Shown one piece after another: positions 36,995 to 50,460 of a stretch of 64,000 nt of DNA (its first letter is position 1; every line of letters begins with the position of its first letter). The stretch is from Mobula hypostoma (lineage: Eukaryota). The translations under genes and the position numbers were made by a program. The notes beneath the pieces were generated by a model, which was not told the origin of the DNA, ran no database searches, and was given only the letters and a program-made list of their open reading frames with translations. The stretch lies in contig NC_086097.1 of assembly GCF_963921235.1 (NCBI RefSeq), forward strand, positions 35,900,001 through 35,964,000, written 5' to 3'.

Positions 36995-38225
36995 ACAGGT
37001 CAGAGGCTAGAAAATCCTGTGACAAGTGTTAGGGTGATTTTTGGGTTTAGGTCATTTACATTTAGCAAATGGCTTTGGCTACCAGTCTTCTGTTCCTTGA
37101 CAATGTATTGTGGATTTAATTTGGAACAATGCATTTCCTAAAAGCTGTGAATCCCAGTCCACAGACGATGCTGGCATCTGTGGGATGGAATGTGAACCAG
37201 AAGGTGTGAAGTCTGCATGTGGTTTCAGAGAAAGCATTATCTATACTTTGTAAATATGGAATTGTCCTTTGTGTTTAGCAAATAAATATCAAGCCCCACA
37301 TTGGGACAGCAGACCTTCCACCAAAAGCGTCTCCATATGAAGTCTGCTGTACCTGGTTTTGTCGAATAAAGAAGCTGCTTTGTATCTACCAGTAACTCTC
37401 TCCAGTGATTTCATTCATGCAACAACAAGTAACTCACCTCTTAACTGTACAAAATTTGTTCATGATCCACAGGCCTCAAGTAAGGGGTATGAATGAATAC
37501 TCTCCACTTACCTCGATGAGTGCAGCTTCAACAACATTCAAGATGTGCTACACCATATGGAACATAGTAACCTATTTAAGACCATAAGATATAGGAGCAG
37601 AATTAGGCCATTGGTCTTAGACTCTCCCACCATAGGAAACTTCCTCTCCACATCCACTCTGTTGAGGCCTTTCAACATTCGATCCATTCCAATGAGATTT
37701 CCCCCTCATTCTCCTGAATTCCAGTGAGTACAGGATCAGAGCCATCAAACGCTTCTCATCTGATAAGCCTCTCAATACCAGAATCATTTTCGTGAACCTA
37801 CTTTGAATCTTTTCCAATTGCTTAGGCACCCATTCACAGTGATTCACTCATTCCATCACCAATGTCAGCAGTCGTGGCCTTGTGTGCCATCTACACAATG
37901 CACTGCAGCAACTCACCAAGCCTGCTTAAGCAGCATCTTCCAAATGGACAACCACGACCAGCTCAGAGGACAAAGGCAGAAAAAGTACGGGAACACCATC
38001 TTCTATAAGTTACCCTCCTAGTCATACACTATCCTGACTTGGAAATATATAGTTGTTCCTTCTCTGTTGCCAGGTCAAAGCCCTGTAACTCTTTCCCTGA
38101 CAGTTCTGTCAACACATCCATACCTGCAAGGGCTGCTGCAGTTCAAGAAGGCAGCTCACCACCTTCTTGAGTGCAAATAGCAACGGGCAATTAAGTGATT
38201 GCCTCAGCCCGTGAAACCCACATCT
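36995..38225 (+). mobile_element. Old CR1/L2-group LINE 3' end (split by a solo LTR and a CR1 fragment)
   Basis: CAGGTCAGAGGCT..|TAACTCACCTC..GAATACTCTCCACT..CAGCAACTCACCAAG..; a related copy lies at 53000-54370. Confidence 0.55.
37027..37424 (+). mobile_element. Solo LTR (398 bp)
   Basis: TGTT..AACA ends, AATAAA at ~37365, perfect 5-bp TSD ACAAG (37022-37026, 37425-37429). Confidence 0.75.
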
Positions 38226-41200
38226 CTTGGATGAATACAAAAAAGCCTAGTAATATTCTAATAAATCTCTTCTGGGAAATGTATGAAGTTCTGTGTGGTA
38301 CTCAAAACTGGACATAATACTCAAGTTGCAGCCAAATCAGTAGCTTATAAAAGGTGGCTTCATTGTTCCTGAATTTGACATCTCTATTTATAAAACACAG
38401 GAATCTGTATGTTTTCTCAAATACTTCCTCTTCCTGTCCTGTCTCTTCCAACAGATATACAGGTGCTCCTGCACCCTTCACAGAGCTTGCACGTTCTGGT
38501 TCGAATCACGTCTCTTCATTCTCACAACAGAGAATAATTTTGTTCTTTTGTGCATTAAAATTCATCTTCCATATGTCCACCCATTCTAGCATCCTAGCTA
38601 TATCCCCCTGGTCCATACAGTATCATCCTCCTCCAAGTCTACAACATCAGAAATCTGGAGCAAGACTAGGCCATCTGGCCCCTTAGCACTACTCTGCCAT
38701 TCAATAGGATGATGGTCGATCTGCCACAGGCCTCCGCTCCTCTTCTGTACCAGCTGCCCATGTCTCATATTCCCCAATCTTTCAAAAGGTACCTACCCTC
38801 TCTTTAGTGACCTCCAATGATCCAACCTTCACAACTCTGTACCGGAGTAGAGAATTCCAGAGATTTGCTGCCCTCTGCCAAAGGAAATTCATTTTATCAT
38901 TTTAAATGACTGCGCTTTTATTTTGCAACAATGCTCCCGATGTCCGGACTCTGCTTTGCATGCATGGCATCCATACCGAACATTTCATTACATCAGTGCA
39001 GCAGAGTTTCTCACTGTAGCTCAGCACATATGACAATAATAAATCAATTTACCTCTCAGCATTGTTCACATCATTCTCTGTATGTCACTAAAAGTTCATC
39101 CCTCATTCTTCTAAACTCTAATGAATAGAGATTTAACTTTTTTTAGCAGTACACAATAGAAAAACCCTTCCATCCACTCAATTAGTCTCGTGAGTCTCTT
39201 CTGGGCTGCATCCAGTGTTTGAATTTTTTTTCTTAAGTACACTTCAAACCTTTATATAAATTATGCCTGAGTCCAAGTCATTAACGGACATGAAGTTCTG
39301 ATTACTGACCCTGGAGGAACTCCTTTATGCACTTTCCCATAGTTTGATAAACAAATACGCATTGCTAATCTTTGTTTTCTTGGTCAATTTTCTATCTATT
39401 TTGCCCCTCACCTTTTTATTCCACCGATGTCTGTGAAACCTATCATGCAAAAGCCCCATGAAGCCTATCTTGGGGATGTTTTATCAAATTCTTTTTGCAT
39501 GTCCACGAATAACACGTAAACCCTATCTAATACTTTATCAAAAAGCTCTAATTAGTTAATTTGTCCACAAACCGATGATAGCCTGCTCTACTGAACTGAC
39601 TATTAAAGAATGACTGCTAATTTCTCAGCCTCCTACTCTGTGGACACTCATGACTTCATTACCAGATTCTGCTATAACTCCATCTCCTATTTCACAGATG
39701 ATACCACCATAGTGGGCTGTATCTCAAATAAGGAGGAATTGGAATACAGCAAGAAAATAGAGAGCCTATTGACAAGCTTCATGACAACAACCTTTCCCTC
39801 AGTGTCGGAAAACAGAAGAGCTGGTCTTTGACTTCAGGAAAGGGGTGCACATGCTTTTATTTACTTCAACAGGGCTGATGTCGACAGGACCTCACCTCAA
39901 CACTGAACTGATTTCACAACCTATGAATTCACTTTCAAGGACGATACAGCTCCAGGTCTTCTTTAGCACATGGCCTTTGTGTGTAGTTTTCGTAGATTTT
40001 ATTGTATTTCTTTGTTCGACTCTGAATGCCTACAAGAAAATGAACCTCAAGGTAACATATGATGACATATATGTACTTTCATAATAAATTAACTTAGAAA
40101 TTTGGTTGAGAGCTTCAAGTTCCTAGGAGAGTTGAAAACATCTTGACCAATCAATGTAGAAACTTCCTTCACACCTGATTAAACCAGAGCCATTTTAGCC
40201 ATGGACTGAAAACAAGTGACATTGATCAAAAATCTGCTTCACAACTAATGTCACAGTGTAACGGCAGTTCCAATATTACCATGCTTTAATTGGACACAAG
40301 AAGAAGAAGCACTTGAAGGAGCGCTAACCATTATTAGCAGCTAGTCACACAGCGATAATGATTTCCCGTGTTCATTAAAATCAGCAAGCAGAAAGATTTG
40401 AAATAAGGCTATGTACTCTGACCTTTTCCAACACAATTTAGACAGGGATTCCCTTAGGATCTTTAGCATCACTTCATACATTACAAAATAATGCACACCA
40501 AGTTGAATTCAGACAGTTTATAGTGGGGAACCAGTGCAAAGTCTTAGAAAACTACCAGCAAAGAAACTGCCTTCAGCCCATCTAGTCTATGCTGAACCAT
40601 TTAAGCTGCCTAGACTCATCCATTCTTATGGCACATCCCATACTAATGGAGTAGGAATTCTTATGGATGAAAACATGGCAAAAATTGTTTTAGGACATTG
40701 GGCAATATCAGAAAGAGTGTTCCTTGTTAGATTCAGAGGACAACCATTTGATTTAGCAATTATACAGGTATATGCACCAACAACAGATGGAACAAATGAA
40801 GATATAGATAAATCCTATGAAGAGCTTGAACAAGCAAAGAATGGATGCAAATATCAAGATATTGTTATTGTCATGGGAGATCTAAATGCTAAAGTAGGAC
40901 GAGGTGCTGATAGAAATACTATAGGAGAATTTGGACTAGGGGAAAGAAATGAAAGAGGTGAGAAATGGGTAGAATGGTGCAAGATGAATAATCAGGTCAT
41001 TATGAATATCTACTTTAGAAACCATTCAAGATGTTTATGGACCTGGAAAAGTCCAGGTGATAACACCAGAAATCAAATTGACTTTATTACTATAAACCAA
41101 AGATTTAGAAACTCAGTGACTCAATGCAAAACATATCCAGGTCAAGACTGTAATAATGACCATAACCCAGTAATATGTCATGTAAAAGTAAAACTTTAAA

Positions 41201-41271
41201 AACTGAAGAAGCAAAAACCCCAACAAATCCCTTGACTACTCGCAATTAATTAAAGAAAAAAACTTAAGACA

Positions 41272-44200
41272 TGTGACGGGGTCCTGAATTACCCCTATGA
41301 ACTGTGATTTTGAAAAGAGAGAGGGAGAGGTATTTAACACTGACATCTTGTTTTTAAGAGAGAGAGAGAGCGAAAGAAAAAAAGAGAGAGAGAGAGAGAG
41401 ATGAAGACTGCTTTGAGATGGTGTTATGAACTCCTAAGGTTCATATTTCCTGTGGACTGTCACTTTAAGGCACGAGGAGCTTTCGGATTTCTGCTGAGTT
41501 GGAGAGAGAGAGAGCACCGAGCACCTCGTAAGATGCTATAGTGACCGAGGGTGGTGTTATTTGATAGGCAATCAATGTTATAGTTTCTCTGAAGCGTGTT
41601 TATACTTCCCAAGGACATGGCCTGCTAGTGCATTCTTATGCAGACAAAGAAAGAAGGAGTTATTTGACAGATAGTTGGTACTCAGTACAGTAAGATAAAT
41701 AGGAGGTCAGATGATAGACCTGCGGCACATGTTTCTGGACACTGAATGAGCTTTGTTGTGCCCACAGGAAAAGTGGGGTTTTGGAGGATCGATCAAACGG
41801 ATCGATCAGTGGCTCTTGCAGTGAGAAAAGGGAGTGACCGGTGGGGAGTTGTCCATGTGTCCACCCTTGCCTGGGTTGATGATTCCACCACAGAAAAACG
41901 GTCTCCTTTGTTGAAGTCACAGTCAGTGACTTTTAAAGGATTTCGGAGGACAATGAGAAGATCGACGGTGTCAGCTCACCTTGAAGACTCAAATCTCTCC
42001 CTCTCTCTCTCTCCATCACTACTCAACTCAATACCTCGAACTGAACTGAACTTTACTCATTATCGTAGGACTATCTATTTACCCCTAGACTTGAAGAAGC
42101 TTGGTTTTCATATATTTCCACACTTACTGATATATTTACTTATATATAATCATTGCTAATCTGTTTGATTTATGTGCATTTAAATTACTGTATTGTGTAG
42201 TTACTACTAAATATTATTAGTTAATAGCAATACTGGACTCCAAATTGTTTTCCATTTCTGCTGGTTCTTTAACCCGTCACGGGGTACGTGACAAAATTGG
42301 GGGCTTGTCCAGGATATGAACAAATTGGTTGGGAGGCTTGTTTGAATTGATTGGGGAAAATCCCTTTTGATTTGTTTGTGTGGAAATACAGCAGAAATGG
42401 ACATTAGTGTTGAGAGGTTTCTGTTGGAATCAACCCCAGAAGCATTGTATGATGCTACAAGGGATGTGCTGTTGGGAATTGCTCAAAAGTTAAGACTAAA
42501 GGTGGCCACTAAGATGAGGAAGGCTCAGATGCAGACGATAATAGCCCAGCATTAAATAGATAAGGGCACGTTTGATGAGGAGGCGTTAGAGTTATTTGCT
42601 GAAGGTAAGGTACTTACTGAGGATGAGGTTCAGTTGCAATTGAAATTGAAATTAAAACAGCTCGAGGCTGATGAAGCAGAAAGGCAAAGCTTCCATGAGG
42701 CTAGAGAGGCAGAAAGACAGAGACAGTTTCAAAGGGAGATGTGGCAGCTGAGATGTTTAGTGTCGGACCCTGATGATTTTTACAGCTTGGAAGGGCTTGT
42801 TTTGTGTGATGAATTTAAAAGTTGTGTCCCCTATTTTGTAAGGGCATACCTGGATGCAGAGGATGCCACCACCCTGCGGGGGTCTGCAAAGAAAGCAGAC
42901 GAAGATGCTTCAAGCCACAAGCTTGAGTTTACTCCAGTAGAGTGTTTGCCAGAGAATAGCTGGGAGGTTCAGGGTGACCTTGAATTTGAAACTGGGACAA
43001 GTGATGATAGCCCACAAGAGGCAGCTGTCCCAATTGCCTGTGTTCAGGTTGTTGAAGTACGTGTGAATTCACAGGGTTCTGAACCTTGTGTTGAGACTCA
43101 GTTAAGGTCTGAGGCACCTGACTTGGTCAGAAAGGAATGCAGTTTTTTTGTGTCAGATGATCTTGGTTCAGTGATTAAGGGGTCAATCTTGGTACCAGTG
43201 GAAAATGGGGATTCACAGTCACTTGCATTAGACAGTGAGGTAAAAGTTAGTGATGAGGTGAAAATTGGTGAGGTACGTGTTAATGGAAGTAATGAGAAAA
43301 GTGCTGTTCCTGGACTTTTGAGTAAAGTGCTGGGAAAGGTTGGATTGGTTGCGCTCCCTTCAACCCTACTTGCAGGACAAAGACCTGCAGAGGAATGATG
43401 TGCTACTCTGTGGAATTTTGTTTGGATATTTGGAGGTAAACACCTGCAAGGTTATGATGTTGTGGTGAAGGAGGAAGTTTGTTATGGGTTTGAGATGCCA
43501 TTGTTGATTAATGTTATGGAGATAAGTCAAAGTGAAGGTCATAATCAGATGAACGGATTGTTTGGTCTCTTCCACAATGTATACATGGTTCTTCTAAGCC
43601 TGGTGTTGGTGCTAGGTTTAGTAAACAATGGAGGAATGTTGACACCTCTCCAAGATAAGGTTGATATAGCTGTTAAATTAATGAGCAAAGCTGCTGCTGA
43701 GAATTCACACAGAAAGTCTGATGTTTATCCCACATGCACAGATACTCCAAGCATGTTTAGGAAGCCTGCTGAGGCCCATGATAACGAAACCAGAGGTTTA
43801 AATTATGAGGATGTGTCACAGACTTTTCTACCTTCCAGATTTCTGCAGGACCTAGAGGGTAGTAAAGCTGATGAGAGTAAGGTGTATGAGGAAGGTTTGT
43901 CCTTATTGAGGAAGGAATTTATAGAGGAACAGAAATTCTAAAATGGTGGCTTTAAAGGAGATAGCTCTCACAGGAGAGGAGGCTCAGAGAGAGTCATTGG
44001 GATATTACCTTAAAGATGGGGTGTTGATGAGGAAGTGGAGACCAGCCACTGTGCGTGCAAGTAAGAATTGGGTTATTGAACGTCACGTGGTGGTTCCGAA
44101 AGTGTACAGGGCTGAAATTTTAAACATGGCTCACAGTATGCCTTTAGGTGAGCATTATGGAGTGAGGAAGACAGTGAACAGGATTATGAAGGAATTTTAC

Positions 44201-46490
44201 TGGCCTAGTTTAAGAAAGGATGTTGTGAATTTTTACAGGACTTGCCATACCTGTCAAGTTGAGGGGAAATCTAATCATGTTATTCAGGTAGCACTACTTA
44301 AATCGATACCTGCTTTTGGTGAACCTTTTTCTAGGGTCACAGTGGATTGTGTAGGCCTGTTGCCAAAGACTGCAGCTGGTTATCAGTATGTGTTAACAAT
44401 TGTGTGTGCTGTGTCTAGGTTCCCTGAAGCCGTGTCTTTTGAAAACATCCAGGCCAAGACTGTGGTAAAAGCATTCAGTAAGTTTTTCACACTGGTAAGT
44501 CTGCCCAAAGAAATTCAATTTGACCAGGGTAGTAACTTTACTTCGAGAACATTCCAGGAGATATTTAGAGAATTGGAAGCTAAGCACATTGGGTCATCTG
44601 CATATCACACAGAGTCCAAGGGAGCCGTGGAACGGTTCAAATCCACTCTTAAGACCATGATAAAAACGTATGGTGTGAAAAATGGGAAAAAACTGGGTTG
44701 AGGGGATTCCCCTCCTCTTATTTATTGTTGGAGATGCGATTCAAAAGCCATTGGAGCGTAGTCTATTGGAACCTGTGTTCAGTTACAGGCTAAAAGGACC
44801 TTTGGCCCTACTCAGAGAACTATGGTCTGATATGGAAACGTGTCAGTGTGCTTAATTATGTTCTAAAATTCTGGAAAGGATTTAATAAGATTTGTGACCT
44901 TGCAAAGGAAAGTTTACAGAATGTTCGAATTAAAGTAAAACACTTGCTAGCTAGGACTGCATCTGGGAGAAATGTTATGGAACCAAATGGAGTAGTGGAA
45001 TCTGACAATGGGATAAAAAAACCTGTTTGCCCACTGAATCTAGTATCAACAAGAGGTCAGAATTCCATTGTTTTGAAAAATATTACTGATAAGGTCCATC
45101 AGTTGGACCCTACACCACAAAAACAAGTGAAAGAATTAATTGGCAAACCAAGATTTATTTTCTGCCATTCTGAAACGGTGCACAGGTGCAGTGCATCATG
45201 TCATTATAAATTCAGCCCAGCCCATAAAACAGCGTATTTACAGAGTGAACTTTGAGAAAAGTAAAATGGTTGAACAAGAAATTAGAAACAAGAAAGAACA
45301 AGGGAAGAGAATGGATGACTGTATTGATAGAGTGGGGAAGGCTAAATACCTTATAAAGATTGACTTGTTAAAAGGATACTGGGGTGTTCCTTTAACAGAG
45401 AGGGCTAAATAGATATCAGCATTTGGGACACCATCTAGACTGTATGAGTAAGATGTTTTACCCTTCGGGATGAAAAATGGTCCAGGGACGTTTCAAAGAA
45501 TGATCAATTCTGTGATTAGAGATTTAGAAAACACAGAGGCTTATATCGATGATTTAGTGGTCTGGAATGACACATAGGAAAAGCATATTGCAGCGGCAGA
45601 AAAACTGTGTGACAGACTTTCCAAGGCCAATCTTACTGTGAACCTCGCTAAAGGTGAGTTTGGCCATGCCACAGTTACATATCGGGGCTATGTAGTAGGC
45701 CAGGGCCACCTGGTTCCTGTACAGGCCAAGGTTCAAGCTGTTGCTGAGGTTCCTGTTCTGACCGGCAGGAAAGCTTTGAGAAGGTTTTTAGGAATGGTTG
45801 GGTATTATTATACATTTTATAAGAACTTTGCTGACATTGCTCTCCCCCTAACAAAACTCCTGGGAAGAGTGAAAGATTTGTATGGAGTGAGCTTTGCCAG
45901 AAGACACTTGAATGTCTGAAAACTATCCTGTGTTATCATCCTGTGCTCAAAGCACCTGATTTTTCAAAACCATTCTCGATAGCAACAGACACTAGTGACG
46001 AAACTGCTGGGGCAGTACTGTTACAGAAAGGAGTGGATGCAATTGAACACCCAGTAGCTTATTTCTCAAAGAAATTTAAAGGGCGCCAGAAAAATTATTC
46101 AACTGTTGTAAAGGAATTGTTAGCACTTATTCTGGCCTTACAACATTTTGAGGTCCGTATTTGTCCTGCCCAGAGACCCCTTGTGGTTTACACCGATCAT
46201 AATCTGTTGGTGTTTCTAACTAAGATGAAGGATAAGAATAGAAGGTTGTTAAATTGGAGTCTGATATTGCAAGAATGTGACAAAAATCAAACATGTGAAA
46301 GATACTGCAATTGTACACAGTTTAGCTCTGTCATCTGATGATCATACATGTATTGTCTCAAACTCTAAGTTACACTTAGACAAAAAAAAATTTTTGCCTT
46401 CGTCAAAATTTATTTTTCTCTGAAGGAAGGCGGTGTTACGGGGTCCTGAATTACCCCTGTGAGAGAGGTGAGAGAGTGAGAGAGTGAGAG

Positions 46491-46522
<32 letters not shown>

Positions 46523-47298
46523 CACCGAGCAGCTTGTACGTCACTATGGTGACCGAGGGCAGCATTATTTGATGGACAATCGACGGTATAGTTTCTCTGG
46601 AGCATGCTTATATTTCCCAAGGACATGGCCTGCTAGTGCATTCTTACATAGACAAAGAAAGGAGGAGTTATTTGAGAGACAGTTTGTACTCAGCACGGTG
46701 AGATAAATAGGAGGTCAGATGATAGACCTGCGGCACGTTTTTGGACACTGAATGAGCTTTGTTGTGCCCACAGGAAAAGTGGGGTTTTGGAGGATCAATC
46801 AGACGGATTGATCAGTGGTTCTTGCAGTGAGAAAAGGGAGTGACTGGTGGGGAGTTGTCCATGTGTCCACCCTTGCCTGGCTTGATGATTCCACCACAGA
46901 AAAACGGTCTCTTTTGTTGAAGTCACAGTCGGTGACTTTTGAAGGAATTTGGAGGACAATGAGAAGATCGACGGCGTCAGCTCACCTGAAGACACAAATC
47001 TATCCCTCTCTCTCTCTCTATCACAACTCAACTCAATACCACGAACTGAACTGAACTTTACTCATTATGGTAAGACTACCTATTTAGCCCTAGACTTGAA
47101 GCAGCTTGGTTTTCATATATTTCCACACTTACTGATATACTTACCTATATAAAATCATTGCTAATCTGCTTGATTTATCTACATTTAAATTACTGTATTG
47201 CGTAGTTACTAATAAATATTATTAGTTAATAGCAATACTGGACTCCAAAGTGTTTTCCATTTCTGCTGGTTCTTTAACCCGTCACGGGGTACGTGACA
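41272..47298 (+). mobile_element. Two-LTR Gmr1-type Gypsy retrotransposon (integrase before RT), degenerate
   Basis: LTRs 41272-42293 and 46434-47298; PBS TGGGGGCTTGTCCAGGAT (42298-42315, 16/18 to the tRNA-Pro PBS); PPT 46422-46433; TSD GACA/AACA. Integrase 43943-44701, RT ~45140-45900 (IDLLKGYW, PFGMKN, YIDD), RNase H 45943-46300. Confidence 0.93.
43943..44701 (+). pseudogene. Retrotransposon integrase (Zn-binding region plus rve core)
   Basis: AHSMPLGEHYG..TCHTCQ, VDCVGLLP, FDQGSNFTS and SAYHTESKGAVERF. Confidence 0.9.
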
Positions 47299-48106
47299 AA
47301 CAAAAATTTATAATTGCAGTAAGGAACAGATTTCGAAGTCTAGAAATAGAATCTGTTGAAGATGATAGCAATCATGTAGAAATGAAGTTTAACTCTCCAA
47401 AGAATGCCTTGGTAGAATCAGCAATGTCAGTGATTCCTAACTAAGAAAAAAGCATAAAGAATAAATGGATGACAGATGAAATCAAAAAACTAACGGAAGA
47501 AAGGAGACAGAAGGAAGCAAATCCTATAGAATACAAGTCCTTAGATAAAAAAAAGTTAAAAACTGATGTCAAAAAGCCAAAAAAGAATGGTTAAACCAGG
47601 AATGTGAGCAATTAGAGAGAATCGCTATTACTGATCCAAAAAGGTTACATCAACAAATCAAGAATATCACTGGTAAAAAGCTCCTCTGTTCTTCAGGTGG
47701 ATGTTTGAAAGCAAAGTACAGTACCATTATCATGGAAAAAGATGAGATTATGAACAGATGGACTGAGTATATTCAGGAAATGTTTGAAGACAATCCAGGC
47801 AAAAAAACAGAAATTACGAAGAAAATTGAAGCTCCAAGTATTTTAAAATCAGACGTTTGTAATGCAATAAAGAAGATAAAGAAAGGAAAGGCAGCAGGTC
47901 CTGATGAATTAGTAATAGAACAAATTATCGCCCCTGATGATTATGGAATTGAAAAACTTAATGATTTAATCAATGACATTTATGAGACTGGAATAATACC
48001 AGAAGAGATAAAAAAAATCAGTATTTATCACTCTTCCTAAGAAACCTGCATTAATAGAATGTGAATTACATACGACCATAAGTTTAATGAGACATATCCT
48101 AAGATA

Positions 48107-48428
48107 TGACTGTGGGCATGTGGCCAAGTGGTTAAGGCATTGGACTAGTGACCCGAAGGTCGTGAGTTTGAACCCCAGCCAAGGCAACGTGTTGTGTCCT
48201 TGAGCAAGGCACTTAATCACACATAGCTCTGCGACAACACTGGTGCCAAGCTGTATGGGTCCGAATGCCCTTCCCTTGGACAACATTGGTGTCGTGGAGA
48301 GGGGAGACTTGCAGCATGGGCAACTGCTGGTCTTCCATACAACCTTGCCCAGGCCTGCGCCCTGGAGAGTGAAGACTTTCCAGGCGCAGATCCATGGTCT
48401 TGCAAGACTAACGGATGCCTTTACTTCA
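48107..48428 (+). mobile_element. tRNA-derived SINE
   Basis: A box TGGCCAAGTGG, B-box-like GAGTTTGAACCC, CORE-like TGTGTCCTTGAGCAAGGCACTTAA; TSD CTAAGATA (48099-48106, 48429-48436). Confidence 0.88.
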
Positions 48429-49689
48429 CTAAGATACTTCCAAGAATTTTGATGACAAGAGCTAAAAGTAAGATACAAGCTGAAATGTGTAAAGAACAAA
48501 GTGGTTTTACGAAAGACAAAGGTACAAGAAACGCAATATTGATGTTAAGGATACTATCAGAACGAGTTATTCAAGTGCAAAAAGATTTGTTTGTTTTATC
48601 GACTACACAAAAGCATTTGATAAAGTAAAGCACAATAAGTTATTCGAAATATTACAGGAAACTCTAGATCTAGATTCGAAAGACCTCCCCCTAATCAGTA
48701 ATCTGTACTGGGAACAAACTGCCGCTGTAAGAATAGATGGAGAAGTGAGTCAGTTTACGAAAATCAAGAGAGGCGTTAGACAAGGGTATGTTTTCTCCCC
48801 TGATTTATTTAATGTGTACAGTGAAACAATATTACAAACAAATAAGAGACATCCTGGGAATCAAATTTGGCAGTGAAAACATCAATAATTTTAGATATAC
48901 GGATGACGCTGTGTTAATTGCAAGTATGGAGGAAGAACTACAAAACTTAATTGATATAGTTGTTGAAGAAAGTGCAAAAATGGGTCTACCTATTAATTGC
49001 AAAAAGACAGAATGTATGGTGATATCCAAAAAGAAGGAGAATCCTATCCTCAGGCTGAGAATAAACGGGGAAGACATAAAACAAGTACAGAACTGTTGCT
49101 ACTTGGGAAACTGCGTGACATCAGATGGCAGGTGCAACGTGGACATCAAAAGAAGAATAGGGATGGCAAAAGACTCCTTTACAACAATGAAGAATATACT
49201 GACCAACACTAAACTAGGCATGACAACCCGCCTCAGAGTACTGAAATGTTGCGTTTATCCAGTTATGTTATATGGCACAGAATGTGGGACAATATCTAGT
49301 AACATGAGGAAATGAATTGTAGCCCCAGAGATGTGGTTTTTGAGGAGGATGCAAAGAATATCATGGACAAAACAAATATCTAATGAGGATGTCATGAACA
49401 GAGCAAGCAGAAAAAGAGAAATTAATTAGATCATGAAAAGGCAACGTGACTTCATTGGACATGTGATTAGGAAAGAGGAGTTAGAATGCATGGTAATTAT
49501 GGGAAAGATTGAAGGGAAGAAAGCAAGAGGAAGGCAAAGACAAATGATGATGGAGACAGCAGCCAAAGAACTGGAAATGAATACCAATGAATTGATCCAC
49601 TTGACCTGAAACAGGAGTGTGTGGGCCATGGCAGTCAAAGCTCAAACTGGGCATGGCAGCTGATGATGATGGTGAGTCTCATCAATCTG

Positions 49690-50460
49690 CATCCAGATCA
49701 TAGCCTTCCATACCACTCTCATCCATGTAGTTATCCAAACTTTGAACTCGAAATTGCAATCCACCAATTGCACTGGCAGCTCATTCCACACTCTTATTCC
49801 CCTTAAGCATTTCATCTTTCACCCTTAACCCATGACCTCGAGTTGTAGTCTCACCCAACCTCAGTGGAAAAAGCCTGCTTGCATTTACTCTCCCTTCATA
49901 ATTTTGTATACCTCTAACAAATCTCCCCTCAATCTTCTAAATTCTGTCCTTATTACTCAGTTCCTGCAGTCCTGGCAACATCCTAGTAAATTTTCTCTGT
50001 ATTCTTTCAATCTTACTTATATCCTTCCTGTAGGTAGGTTATCAAAACTGCACTCAATTCTCCAAATTAGGCCTCACCAACTTCTCATATGACGTCAGTA
50101 TAAAATCCCAACTACTGTACTCAACACTTTGATCAATGAAGGCCAATGTGACAAAAGCTTTCTTTACAACCCTATCTACCTGTGACACTACTTTCAATTA
50201 AATTCCAAGATCCTTTTGATCAGCCGCACCCCTGAGTGCCCTAACAGTTATTGTGTATGACCTAACCTCATTGGTCCTCCCTAAGTTTAACACTTCATAC
50301 TTTTCTGCATTAAATTCCATCTTACAGTTTTCAGGCCATTTTTCCATTCAGTTCAGATCTCACTGCAAGCTATGATAGTTTTTCCTCGCTGTCCACTACA
50401 CCCCCAAATTTGCTGTCATCCACAAATTTACTGATCCAGTGAACCACACAATCATCTAGT
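49690..50460 (-). mobile_element. CR1 3' fragment
   Basis: Similar to the CR1 3' sequences at 1-750 and 24545-24940 (e.g. CCCAACCTCAGTGGAAAAAGCCTGCTTGCATTTAC). Confidence 0.8.

Larger units (their letters stand above)
40595..49670 (+). mobile_element. Near-complete RTE-clade LINE ORF split by an LTR element and a SINE
   Basis: APE motifs GVGILM, IIQVYAPT, MGDLNAKVG, QIDFI, DHNPV; GKAAGPDE; DYTKAFDKV; RGVRQG; RYTDDAVLIA; (TGA)n tail at ~49661-49671. Confidence 0.92.

Noticed and set aside
48112..48185. tRNA-like sequence (also ~11310-11380 and ~56770-56840)
   Set aside because: These are SINE heads: each continues into a SINE body, the first two have clear TSDs, and I see no complete cloverleaf.
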